From Candidatus Omnitrophota bacterium (GTDB lineage Bacteria > Omnitrophota > Gorgyraeia > Zapsychrales > Fredricksoniimonadaceae), in the NCBI GenBank assembly GCA_013286575.1, contig JABDFL010000003.1, positions 12,196 through 76,195 on the forward strand: a stretch of 64,000 bases of DNA, written 5' to 3'. The notes beneath the pieces are model-generated. The model was not told the origin of the DNA. It made no database searches and worked only from the letters and a program-made list of their open reading frames with translations. The position numbers and the translations under genes were made by a program. Of the stretch, positions 38,968-47,529 are shown piece by piece; position 1 is the first letter of the stretch, and each line of letters starts with the position of its first letter.

Positions 38968-40509
38968 TTGCAGGGAAAGATTAAACGAGGGTCATTTCAC
39001 AATAGCATGAACAAACTTATCGAAAAACTTGAAGAGCTTTTCGGGATAGACATCCGCGCATTGGCGCTGATGCGCATGGCCTTCAGCGTATGCATTCTCA
39101 TCCATCTCTCGGACCTCCTGCCTTATGTAAGAGAATTATACAGCGATCAGGGGATATTGCCCCGGGCTTACGTCCTTCATTTTCTCGGTCCGGATCCTAT
39201 TTCTCTTAATTTGATGAGCGGAAACTGGGTGTTCCAGGCGCTGTTGTTTTTATTGACGGCGTTTTTTACAGTAGGGCTCTTATTAGGCTGGCGGACACGT
39301 CTATGCACCTTTATGGTGTGGATTTTGTTGTCTTCTATCCATAACCGCAACCCTTTCCTTCTTGATGGAGGCGATAAACTGCTGGATATCCTGTTTTTTT
39401 GGTTTTTATTCCTTCCCTGGGGGGCATGTTATTCCATGGACAGCCGGCGTAAAACATACAACCCGCCGCCGCTGCGCGTGTCTTCCATGGGCAGCGTCGC
39501 GTATCTTTTACAAATCAGTTTTTTTTATACTTTCGCCAGCCTTCTCAAAACAGGCCCCGAATGGACAACTCAAGGGACTGCCATCTATTATGCCCTGAAT
39601 GTCGACGAACTCTGCAAACCATTTGGCCATGTCCTGCTGCAACACCCTTTATTATTACATTATACGACTTTTGCTGTTATGTGCCTTGAGCGTTACGGGC
39701 CTTTGTTCTTTTTTATTCCATTCAAGAACATTTATTTCCGGCTTACGGCTATTTTGGCTTTTGTGTTTTTTCATACCGGCATACTGTTGAGCATGGAACT
39801 CAGGTTATTCCAATGGATTTGCCTTATTGCCCTTATAGGATTTCTGCCGACACCTTTCCTAAATAGAGTTTTGGGAAACTTTGATCCAAAATCCGGTACT
39901 CCGCTGGAAAATCAATTTTCCATATGGAAACCCAATTTATTTTATATGCCGTTTTATCTCAGCTTCATCGTTGCATTTTTTGTTGTCTATGTCTTTTTTT
40001 GGAATATGGGAGGCTTAGAAAATGCTCAATTCAGGATTCCGCCCCCAATGAAATGGGTCGGGTATGCTTTCGATATCCGTCAAACTTGGGGAATGTTCGC
40101 CCCCAAGCCCATGGACGTCGGCTGGTGCGTCATGCCCGGAAAACTGCGTAACGGAAAGACCGTGGATATTTTTAATTCGGGAGCGCCTGTGACCTGGAAA
40201 GAACCCGGTTCAATCCTGAAGCTTGATAGGATGTATAATTTTAACTTGTATTATAGTAATATGCGCCATGAAACAGCTTTTTATTATCGTGAGCCCTGGG
40301 CGCGGTATATGTGCAGTGAATGGAACAGCACGCATCCTTCAGACCAACAACTTTTTGCGCTTGATATCGATTATATTGAAAAACATACCCTACCTGATTA
40401 TCAAAAACCTGCTTTTCACCGTCTTTTTCTGATATCTTATTACTGTTTCGGTACTGATCAGCACCCTACTGTTTCTGTTTTTAAAGAAGGGGAACTCCCT
40501 AAGTCATAA
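38968..40509 (+). CDS. HTTM domain (vitamin K-dependent gamma-carboxylase-like) polytopic membrane protein
   Basis: 'DIRALALMRMAFSVCILIHL', 'LLLGWRTRLCTFMVWILLSSIHNRNPFLLDGGDKLLDILFFWFLFLPWGACYSMD' matches the HTTM signature as I remember it (..G.RTR......S.HNRNP....GGD.LL..L.FW..FLP). The start is uncertain, with an alternative ATG at 39007. Confidence 0.7.
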   Translation: MQGKIKRGSFHNSMNKLIEKLEELFGIDIRALALMRMAFSVCILIHLSDLLPYVRELYSDQGILPRAYVLHFLGPDPISLNLMSGNWVFQALLFLLTAFFTVGLLLGWRTRLCTFMVWILLSSIHNRNPFLLDGGDKLLDILFFWFLFLPWGACYSMDSRRKTYNPPPLRVSSMGSVAYLLQISFFYTFASLLKTGPEWTTQGTAIYYALNVDELCKPFGHVLLQHPLLLHYTTFAVMCLERYGPLFFFIPFKNIYFRLTAILAFVFFHTGILLSMELRLFQWICLIALIGFLPTPFLNRVLGNFDPKSGTPLENQFSIWKPNLFYMPFYLSFIVAFFVVYVFFWNMGGLENAQFRIPPPMKWVGYAFDIRQTWGMFAPKPMDVGWCVMPGKLRNGKTVDIFNSGAPVTWKEPGSILKLDRMYNFNLYYSNMRHETAFYYREPWARYMCSEWNSTHPSDQQLFALDIDYIEKHTLPDYQKPAFHRLFLISYYCFGTDQHPTVSVFKEGELPKS

Positions 40510-41108
40510 TGACGCGCACCCGGGTTTTAGACATCCTTTTTTGTGCATGCCTTCTGGCCCTCGGCCTGAGGCTATACGCGCTTAAAAATATTTATGCACG
40601 CATCCTTACCAGGGCCAATTTTACAACCCAGGAAGCCGGCATCAGGTATACGGTATGGAACAATGCCCATGGTCCGGGAACAATATATATAGGTGATTTG
40701 CTGGGCACTAATCTGCGTTCTGCCAAACAGTTGGAGCATTTCATACCGCCTGCAGGCCTTGAAGCAATCGTCATTGCGACTATCCACCCGGTTGCGGGCA
40801 AGATTACCGCTGAAAATTTTCTTAATGCCATTGCTGACCAGAACAGGGTTGTTTTGGTTGATAATTTCTGTTTCCCCGGCTGGGAAAGTGTCAAATCCCA
40901 TGCATGGTTCCAGGGAAGCATGGTATCGCCGGGGCCATTTTGTTTCAGTGAGCCACAGACACTTTTAGTCGACCGTTTGATCAAACAATATCATGTGCGC
41001 CAAGCCCGGATTTACGCGGACAATAAAAACTATGTACATTTAATAGGAACGTTCCTTAAATACCTTGACTATATCAAAATCAAATACGGGATCGTATACA
41101 CCTCGTGA
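40509..41108 (+). CDS. hypothetical membrane-anchored protein
   Basis: This 199-aa protein has an N-terminal TM 'VLDILFCACLLALGLRLYAL'. Its ATG overlaps the HTTM stop (TAATG) and its stop overlaps the next start (GTGA), which implies translational coupling. I recognise no family. Confidence 0.5.
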   Translation: MTRTRVLDILFCACLLALGLRLYALKNIYARILTRANFTTQEAGIRYTVWNNAHGPGTIYIGDLLGTNLRSAKQLEHFIPPAGLEAIVIATIHPVAGKITAENFLNAIADQNRVVLVDNFCFPGWESVKSHAWFQGSMVSPGPFCFSEPQTLLVDRLIKQYHVRQARIYADNKNYVHLIGTFLKYLDYIKIKYGIVYTS

Positions 41109-41461
41109 TTAATAAATTCTTGCGGCAGGCTATTTTGGTCTTGGTTGTGGTCCTGGCAGTGCCGGTGGGATCGAATACCTACGCCCCATTTTACATCATT
41201 GACGGTAACTCCATGCTTCCGGCTTTTCATCCGGGAGATATGGTTTTAGTCCACCATTATCCTCTCCCCAAGATCGATGATTGGGCCGGGAAGGTGATTG
41301 TTTTCTTCGACCAGGCTTCAGGAAGGATCATTATCCACCGCGTCGTTGCCATTGACGGACAATACCTGAAAACAAAGGGAGACAACAATGGGGCCGTGGA
41401 TGCATTTGAACCTCTGGGGCAGGACATCCTTGGCATCGTCTATGCCAAGATACGCTTGTGA
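41105..41461 (+). CDS. SipW/ER-type signal peptidase I (S26B-like)
   Basis: This 118-aa protein has an N-terminal TM, then 'IIDGNSMLPAFHPGDMVLV' (catalytic Ser), 'IIIHRVV' (His) and 'LKTKGDNNGAVD'. Compare B. subtilis SipW 'SGSMEP...GS', 'THRIV' and 'KTKGDNN'. Confidence 0.7.
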   Translation: MINKFLRQAILVLVVVLAVPVGSNTYAPFYIIDGNSMLPAFHPGDMVLVHHYPLPKIDDWAGKVIVFFDQASGRIIIHRVVAIDGQYLKTKGDNNGAVDAFEPLGQDILGIVYAKIRL

Positions 41462-41490
41462 CCAGCTAATTAAAGCAATGACGCCATAAT

Positions 41491-42393
41491 GTGAAACTTT
41501 TATTTATTATTGGAGCAGGTGCTTCTTTATTTTCCGCAGCCTCGTGGGCATTGGGCACTGTTTTATTTTTTAAATTCAGCAATCGTGTCACCCCGTTTGG
41601 CCTAAATCTCTGCCGCGGGATGGTGGGGCTTTTTTTCCTGGGCCTTCCGATGTGCTTTGCAGGCCGTCCTTCGTGTGATTTACATTCATTCTTCATTCTT
41701 GGACTTAGCGGCTTGTTGGGAATAGCCATCGGGGACACTTTTTATTTTAAAACATTATTGAATTTGGGCCCGCGCCTGACATCATTGATCGGCATTATAG
41801 TCCCTGTTATAGCGGCGTTGTGCGCCATGCTGGTGCTTAAAGAATGCCCTAATGGCTTAGTGTGGACAGGCATCATACTTACGGCGGCCGGTACCGGCTG
41901 GGTATTATGGGAAAAAAGCCCTTCGCAGGGGACTGTCATCATCAATAAGGCCGCCGGGATCATCTATGGGCTTTTGTGCGTGGCTGCATCAACCGCAGCT
42001 GCAGTTCTTTCCAAAATCGGCATTCAAACAGTTTCCCCTTTGACAGCCACCTTTATCCGGATTTTTTGGGGGGTGATGGGATTGTTGGTGTGGGGAGCGT
42101 TGAACAGGCAGATCAAGAAAGATTTGCTGCCGTTTAAAGATTTTGTTTTGTTTAAAAATTTCGTTTTTATCGTGATGATCGGCGTGTACGGCGGATTTTG
42201 GCTTTTTTTGGTGTCCATTAAATATATTGATCTTGCCACCGCCATTTCGCTCAACTCAACTTCGGCGTTGTTTGTCCTGCCGATGGCTGTTATTATAACA
42301 AAAGAGGCTGTTTCCTGGCGGGCGGTTGCCGGTGCCACAGCCGCTGTCCTTGGGATCATGCTGGTCATGTCCCAGGCTTTTTTAATTAAATAA
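41491..42393 (+). CDS. EamA/DMT-family transporter (10 TMS type)
   Basis: This 300-aa protein has two EamA-like halves and is hydrophobic throughout. Confidence 0.7.
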   Translation: MKLLFIIGAGASLFSAASWALGTVLFFKFSNRVTPFGLNLCRGMVGLFFLGLPMCFAGRPSCDLHSFFILGLSGLLGIAIGDTFYFKTLLNLGPRLTSLIGIIVPVIAALCAMLVLKECPNGLVWTGIILTAAGTGWVLWEKSPSQGTVIINKAAGIIYGLLCVAASTAAAVLSKIGIQTVSPLTATFIRIFWGVMGLLVWGALNRQIKKDLLPFKDFVLFKNFVFIVMIGVYGGFWLFLVSIKYIDLATAISLNSTSALFVLPMAVIITKEAVSWRAVAGATAAVLGIMLVMSQAFLIK

Positions 42394-42414
42394 AACCTGC
42401 GATGGGGGTCACAG

Positions 42415-43125
42415 ATGGACATGGGCGATGATATCAAAAAAAACAGGGCTGATTGGAATTTTAGCGGGGAGGTGGCGGAGCATTTTGTCCCGCATATCAA
42501 ACGGTCTGTTCCTTATTATGAAGACGGGCATGATTTGATATGTTATTTGAGCGATTTTTTCTGCCTGAAAAACAGCACCTGCTACGAACTTGGTTCTTCA
42601 ACGGGTGAATTGATCAGGAAACTGGCTGTTTATAATGCCCATAAGCCCCAGATCCGCTGGATAGGGATTGATGTGGAAGAAAAAATGGCCCAAAAAGCAA
42701 AAGAGCATTGTAAAGATATCGCCAATATTGAGATCATCCGGGACAATATCGTTAATTTTAATTTTGAAGCGACAGACATGATTGTTTCATATTATTGCAT
42801 CCAATTTGTCCCCGAATGTTTTCGCCAGGCATTGTTCAATAAGATTTATCAAAGCCTGAATTGGGGGGGATGTTTCATTTTTTTTGAAAAAGTGCGTGCC
42901 CCTGACGCAAGGTTTCAGGACATGATGACGATGATTTACAGGGACTATAAGCTCCGCAAGGGGTTTACATCAGAGGAGATCTTCAACAAAGACCAGAGCC
43001 TTAAGAGCATCCTGAAGCCGTTTTCAACCGACGGTAATTTGGGGCTGCTAAAACGCGCGGGATTCGTTGACATTATGACCGTCATGAAATATGTGAGCTT
43101 TGAAGGGTTTATTGCTGTTAAATAA
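42415..43125 (+). CDS. CmoA-like class I SAM-dependent methyltransferase
   Basis: 'FSGEVAEHFVPHIKRSVPYYEDGHDLI' resembles CmoA '[20 protein letters not shown]', followed by 'CYELGSSTGEL' (motif I). The assignment to cmoA itself is tentative. Confidence 0.55.
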   Translation: MDMGDDIKKNRADWNFSGEVAEHFVPHIKRSVPYYEDGHDLICYLSDFFCLKNSTCYELGSSTGELIRKLAVYNAHKPQIRWIGIDVEEKMAQKAKEHCKDIANIEIIRDNIVNFNFEATDMIVSYYCIQFVPECFRQALFNKIYQSLNWGGCFIFFEKVRAPDARFQDMMTMIYRDYKLRKGFTSEEIFNKDQSLKSILKPFSTDGNLGLLKRAGFVDIMTVMKYVSFEGFIAVK

Positions 43126-43132
43126 GCCGGCA

Positions 43133-43161
43133 TTGACAGCCCCTTTAAAGAGTGGTATAGT
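43133..43161 (+). promoter_or_regulatory. sigma70-type promoter of the pyr operon
   Basis: TTGACA lies at 43133-43138, a 17-nt spacer follows, and TATAGT lies at 43156-43161 with an upstream TG (tggTATAGT). Confidence 0.6.
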
Positions 43162-43179
43162 TGAACAACTTTGGAAGCA

Positions 43180-43292
43180 CCTTTAATCCGGTTCTGTGAG
43201 GCTGGAAAGGGATTATATGAATACCTTGACGTCAAAATTGATTTTGCAACCCGTCTGTCCCGCGTATCGCGGGGCCGGCGGGTTTTCTTTTT
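43180..43292 (+). promoter_or_regulatory. pyr leader: putative PyrR-binding stem-loop plus attenuator terminator
   Basis: The stem-loop at 43180-43210, 'cctttaatccggttctgtgaggctggaaagg', has a GUGAGGCUGGA element resembling the PyrR binding loop (..UCCAGAGAGGCU..). A two-tier hairpin at 43248-43284 (aacccg/cgggtt and tcccgcg/cgcgggg) is followed by 'ttttcttttt', ending 16 nt before the pyrR ATG. Confidence 0.55.
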
Positions 43293-43307
43293 GTCCGGGA
43301 GGGGAAA

Positions 43308-43841
43308 ATGGCGGCTGTTAAAATCATGGACCAGGAGGCCATTCGCCGGGCGGTTTTGCGCATGGCGCATGAGATCCTTGAAAAAAATAAAGGGGTCGAG
43401 CATTTGGCCTTGGTAGGCATCCGCACCCGCGGGGTGATTTTGGCCCAGAGGTTAAAGCAGGCGATCAAAGACATAGAAGCCGTGGAAGTCCCAACAGGGA
43501 TTTTGGACATCACTCTTTACCGTGATGATTTGACCATGGTCGGGGCCAAGCCCCAGGTCCGCGAGACACTGATTGATTTTGACATCACTGATTTAAAAAT
43601 TGTTTTGGTGGATGATGTGTTTTTTACCGGGCGCACCATACGCGCGGGGTTGGATGCGCTGGTTGATTTCGGCCGTCCTGCGATCATCCAGCTGGCTGTA
43701 CTGATTGACCGCGGGCACCGCGAGCTGCCCATCCGCGCGGATTTCGTGGGCAAAAATATCCCCACCACGAAGACGCAAGACGTGAAGGTGATCCTGGGAG
43801 AGTCCGACGGAAAGACTGATGAAGTGATTGTGGAGGATTAA
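43308..43841 (+). CDS. pyrR: bifunctional pyr operon regulator / uracil phosphoribosyltransferase PyrR
   Basis: This 177-aa protein has the PRPP motif '[15 protein letters not shown]' and '[20 protein letters not shown]'. Confidence 0.9.
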   Translation: MAAVKIMDQEAIRRAVLRMAHEILEKNKGVEHLALVGIRTRGVILAQRLKQAIKDIEAVEVPTGILDITLYRDDLTMVGAKPQVRETLIDFDITDLKIVLVDDVFFTGRTIRAGLDALVDFGRPAIIQLAVLIDRGHRELPIRADFVGKNIPTTKTQDVKVILGESDGKTDEVIVED

Positions 43842-43843
43842 AT

Positions 43844-44770
43844 ATGTCTTGGAAGCACAAACATCTTTTGGGCCTGGAGAATCTGAGCCGTCAGGACATA
43901 GAGCTGATCCTGGAAACGGCCAAATCGTTTAAGGAAGTCTCCAGCCGCGACATCAAAAAAGTCCCGGCCCTGCGCGGCAAGACCGTGGTCACCTTATTTT
44001 TTGAGCCTTCCACCCGCACGCGCATTTCCTTTGAACTGGCAGCCAAACGGCTTTCCGCGGACACGCTTAATATCGCCGCCAATGTTTCGTCGACGAGCAA
44101 AGGAGAGACCCTGCTTGATACCGCGCGCAATATCGAAGCCATGAGCGTGGACGCCATGGTGGTGCGCCATTCTTCGTCGGGGTCAGTGCTCCTGCTGGCC
44201 GAAGGGCTTAAATGCTCAGTGGTCAATGCCGGGGACGGCTGCCGGGAGCATCCGACACAGGCACTTTTGGACATCTTTACCCTGCAGGAAAAATTCGGCC
44301 GCATTGAAGGCCTGAAGGTCGGCATCATCGGGGACATTTTACATTCAAGGGTGGCGCGTTCCAATATCTGGGGGCTGACCAAGCTCGGCGCCAGGGTGAC
44401 GGTTTGCGGCCCCGCGACCTTAATGCCGCGCGGCATTGAAGCCCTGGGTGTTGATGTTTGTTACGATTTGAAGAAAGTTTTAAAGCGGTCAGATGCCGTG
44501 ATCGCCCTTCGCCTGCAAAAGGAGCGCCAGCAGGATAAATTCCTGCCTTCCATGCGCGAGTACTCGAGGCTTTTTGGCATCAATCAGGCCAAATTAAATG
44601 AGGGCAGCGACCACTTGATCGTCATGCATCCGGGGCCGACCAACCGCGGGGTGGAATTGTCCGCTGATGTTGCCGACGGCAAGCAATCGGTGATCCTGGA
44701 CCAGGTGACCAACGGGGTCGCCGTGCGCATGGCGGTATTATATTTAGTATTAGGGACAAAAACGGAGTAA
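43844..44770 (+). CDS. pyrB: aspartate carbamoyltransferase catalytic subunit
   Basis: This 308-aa protein has 'FFEPSTRTRISFE', 'REHPTQALLD' and 'MHPGP'. Confidence 0.95.
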   Translation: MSWKHKHLLGLENLSRQDIELILETAKSFKEVSSRDIKKVPALRGKTVVTLFFEPSTRTRISFELAAKRLSADTLNIAANVSSTSKGETLLDTARNIEAMSVDAMVVRHSSSGSVLLLAEGLKCSVVNAGDGCREHPTQALLDIFTLQEKFGRIEGLKVGIIGDILHSRVARSNIWGLTKLGARVTVCGPATLMPRGIEALGVDVCYDLKKVLKRSDAVIALRLQKERQQDKFLPSMREYSRLFGINQAKLNEGSDHLIVMHPGPTNRGVELSADVADGKQSVILDQVTNGVAVRMAVLYLVLGTKTE

Positions 44771-44772
44771 AT

Positions 44773-46062
44773 ATGGGACTACTGATAAAAAACGCCGTCA
44801 TCGTTAACGCTGACAAAATCTGGGACAAAGCTCAGGACATACTTTGCGAAGACGGGAAAATTACCCAAATTCGACCAGAGATAACCGTTGCCGATCGACA
44901 TTTGCATGAGATCATTGATGCCGCGGGCAAGAAAGTTTTGCCGGGCCTGATCGATATCCATACCCATCTTCGCCAGCCGGGCCGTGAGGACAAGGAAACC
45001 ATTGAGACAGGTTCGCGCGCGGCGGTCAAGGGCGGGTTTACTTCCATCATGTGCATGCCCAACACCAATCCTGTCATTGATAATGCCATGGTCGTGGAAT
45101 TCATTATCCGTGAAGCCAATCGCGTGGGGCTGTGCAATGTTTATCCCATCGGTGCGATCACCAAGGGCCAGCAGGACGGTGAATTAACAGATATGGCGGA
45201 ACTCAAGGCTTCGGGATGCCTGGCCTTTTCCGACGACGGCAAGTCTGTGCTTAACAGCCGCCTATTCCGGTTGGCCATGGAATATGCCAAGATGCTGGAT
45301 GTTTTGATCATTGAGCACTGCCAGGACCCTTTGTTGAGCGCGGGCGGTGTGATGAATGAAGGGGTTGTGTCGACGCGGTTAGGCTTAAAAGGCGATCCGG
45401 GCATTGCCGAGACAGTGACGGTGGCGCGCGATATTGAAATAGCCCTTTATCTGAATGCCCGGGTGCACCTGGCGCACATGTCACTCAAACGTTCCTGCGA
45501 ACTCATACGCTTTGCCAAATCCCAAGGCATTAAAGTAACGGCTGAGGCTTGCCCGCACCACTTTGTCCTGACAGATGAGGCCTGCAGCAGTTTCGATACA
45601 TCGACCAAGGTCAATCCGCCGCTGCGTTCCCAAGAAGACGTGGAAGCGGTCAAAGAAGCCATTGCCGACGGGACCATTGACTGCATTGTTACAGACCACG
45701 CGCCGCATACCAAGGAAGACAAGGAAGTGGGATTTGACGGGGCACCCTTTGGATTGATCGGCCTGGAAACGTCCTTAGGCTTGACGATGACGGAATTGGT
45801 AAAACCGGGAATTATTGACTTACCCAAAATGGTTGATAGAATGTCTAGCGCACCAGCGCGCCTTGTGGGGCTGGTGAATAAAGGGATGATTAAACCGGGT
45901 TTTGATGCGGACATTACGATCATTGATCCGGATCGTGAATGGACAGTGACCCAGGAAGGTTTTGTGTCTAAAAGCAAGAATTCACCTTTCATCGGACGTA
46001 AACTTAAAGGCCAGGTAGAATACACTGTTTGCGGCGGAAAAACAGTGTACCGGCGGGCTTAA
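44773..46062 (+). CDS. pyrC: dihydroorotase
   Basis: This 429-aa protein has 'LIDIHTHLRQPG' (HxH) and 'VTDHAPH'. Confidence 0.9.
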   Translation: MGLLIKNAVIVNADKIWDKAQDILCEDGKITQIRPEITVADRHLHEIIDAAGKKVLPGLIDIHTHLRQPGREDKETIETGSRAAVKGGFTSIMCMPNTNPVIDNAMVVEFIIREANRVGLCNVYPIGAITKGQQDGELTDMAELKASGCLAFSDDGKSVLNSRLFRLAMEYAKMLDVLIIEHCQDPLLSAGGVMNEGVVSTRLGLKGDPGIAETVTVARDIEIALYLNARVHLAHMSLKRSCELIRFAKSQGIKVTAEACPHHFVLTDEACSSFDTSTKVNPPLRSQEDVEAVKEAIADGTIDCIVTDHAPHTKEDKEVGFDGAPFGLIGLETSLGLTMTELVKPGIIDLPKMVDRMSSAPARLVGLVNKGMIKPGFDADITIIDPDREWTVTQEGFVSKSKNSPFIGRKLKGQVEYTVCGGKTVYRRA

Positions 46063-46068
46063 ACATTT

Positions 46069-46140
46069 GCGCCCGTAGCCTAATGGATAGGGCAGCAGCC
46101 TCCGGAGCTGCTGGTGCAGGTTCGAATCCCGCCGGGCGCG
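46069..46140 (+). tRNA. tRNA-Arg (anticodon CCG)
   Basis: I folded the cloverleaf by hand. The acceptor is GCGCCCG/CGGGCGC, the anticodon stem is GCAGC/GCTGC, the loop is CTCCGGA and the T-loop is TTCGAAT. It is 72 nt and no CCA is encoded. Confidence 0.85.
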
Positions 46141-46164
46141 TTAATGATTTAAGGAAGGAATTAC

Positions 46165-46641
46165 ATGCGGAAACAAATGATCACTATTTCAGTCATCGGG
46201 GGAAGCAGCATCAGTGCCAAGGTCGAGGATTTGGCAGAATCCGTCGGGCGGATGATCGCGGAATTGGGTTGTGTTTTGGTCTGCGGCGGTTTGGGCGGGG
46301 CCATGGAAGCGGCTGCCATGGGGGCTAAAAAAGCCGGAGGCATGACCATCGGTATTTTGCCCGGTAAAGATAAAAGGGATGCTAATTCCTATATTGATAT
46401 TTCTTTGCCTACCTCGATCGGTTATGCGCGTAACACGATTGTGGCCTGCTCAGCAGACATTATCGTTGCCTTACCCGGAAGCTTCGGCACCAATTCGGAA
46501 ATTTGTTATGGGTTAGTTTACGGCCGGCCTGTCGTTGATTTGGGTAACTGGGACATTGAAGGGATGATCGATGTCAAGAATGTTGCTGAGGCTGAGGAGA
46601 AAATCAAGAAATTGATCAAGAAACTGCAGCAATCAAGTTAA
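46165..46641 (+). CDS. TIGR00725/LOG-like Rossmann-fold protein
   Basis: This 158-aa protein has 'ISVIGGS', 'LVCGGLGGAMEAAAMGAKKAGGMTIGILPG' and 'IVALPGSFGTNSEI'. Confidence 0.7.
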   Translation: MRKQMITISVIGGSSISAKVEDLAESVGRMIAELGCVLVCGGLGGAMEAAAMGAKKAGGMTIGILPGKDKRDANSYIDISLPTSIGYARNTIVACSADIIVALPGSFGTNSEICYGLVYGRPVVDLGNWDIEGMIDVKNVAEAEEKIKKLIKKLQQSS

Positions 46642-46669
46642 GCATACGGCGAGCAAGAAAGAGGGGATC

Positions 46670-47476
46670 TTGCCTGAACTTCCTGAAGTTGAAACCATTG
46701 TCCGCGATCTGAGCAAATCTCTCCGCAGTAAAATTTTTTCCGATGTGATCGTCCATGATACGTTTCTTCTGCGCCAGAAAGCAGATGATTTTATCCGGCG
46801 GACCAGGGGCCGCGCCGTTGACAAGGTCACCCGCCGCGGCAAGGCCATCATCATCCATTTGGCCTCAAGTGAATTTCTAGTCATTCAGCTGATCATGACC
46901 GGACAGCTGATCGCCGGCGGCCAAAAGGATAAACATACACGGCTCACCTTTGTTTTTTCTGACGGCAGCAGGCTTTTATACAATGATCAGCGGCGTTTTG
47001 GCCAACTGCGCGTGGTCGGAAAATTAGATGAGGTCAAACACTTTAACATTTTGGGCCCTGAGCCTTTTTCAAAAGAATTTACTCCCGCTTTGATGCAAGA
47101 AGCTTTCCGAAAAACCATTCGTCCCATCAAAAATGTTCTCTTGGACCATACCTTTGTGGCAGGTATCGGCAATATTTATGCGTGTGAGATCCTTTTCCGC
47201 AGTCGCTTAAGCCCTAAACGGCAGGCCCGGCGGCTCAGCCGGACAGAAATTAAAACCCTGCATCAGCATATTATTGCAGTTCTTAAGGAAGCAATTGCCC
47301 ATCGCGGCTCTTCCATGCGTAATTACCGTGACGGCTCCGGCCAAAAAGGCCGGTTTAATGAACGGCTTTCAGTTTACGCCCGTGAAGGTTTGCCTTGCCC
47401 TCGCTGCGGGAAGTTGATACAGCGTATAACCCAGGCCGGCCGCAGCACATTTTATTGTGGGCATTGCCAAAAATAA
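46670..47476 (+). CDS. mutM: formamidopyrimidine-DNA glycosylase
   Basis: It uses a TTG start. It has N-terminal 'PELPEVET' and a C-terminal zinc finger 'CPRCGKLIQRITQAGRSTFYCGHCQ'. Confidence 0.9.
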   Translation: MPELPEVETIVRDLSKSLRSKIFSDVIVHDTFLLRQKADDFIRRTRGRAVDKVTRRGKAIIIHLASSEFLVIQLIMTGQLIAGGQKDKHTRLTFVFSDGSRLLYNDQRRFGQLRVVGKLDEVKHFNILGPEPFSKEFTPALMQEAFRKTIRPIKNVLLDHTFVAGIGNIYACEILFRSRLSPKRQARRLSRTEIKTLHQHIIAVLKEAIAHRGSSMRNYRDGSGQKGRFNERLSVYAREGLPCPRCGKLIQRITQAGRSTFYCGHCQK

Positions 47477-47488
47477 TGGTATACTCGT

Positions 47489-47526
47489 GTGTCATTGCGG
47501 GGAACGCAGCGACGAAGCAATCTTTT
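47489..47526 (+). repeat. type-1 palindromic repeat copy (mutM-pyrK spacer)
   Basis: The sequence is 'gtgtcattgcggggaacgcagcgacgaagcaatctttt'. It keeps an upstream frame open and so artificially extends the pyrK ORF in the track to 47395. Confidence 0.9.
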
Positions 47527-47529
47527 AAT

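Noticed and set aside
43891-44436. 181-aa minus-strand ORF inside pyrB, with similar antisense ORFs in pyrC (45447..46025) and pyrD (48451..48906)
   Set aside because: They are antisense to genes with unambiguous catalytic motifs and are typical GC-driven shadow ORFs.
46029-46328. 99-aa ORF spanning the pyrC end and tRNA-Arg
   Set aside because: It overlaps a well-folded tRNA-Arg and the start of the LOG-like gene in another frame, and it has no supporting features.
47395-47529. Upstream extension of the pyrK ORF (track start at 47395), which would overlap mutM
   Set aside because: The extension reads through the mutM 3' end and a type-1 repeat ('VIAGNAATKQSF'). The conserved PyrK sequence begins at the ATG at 47530.
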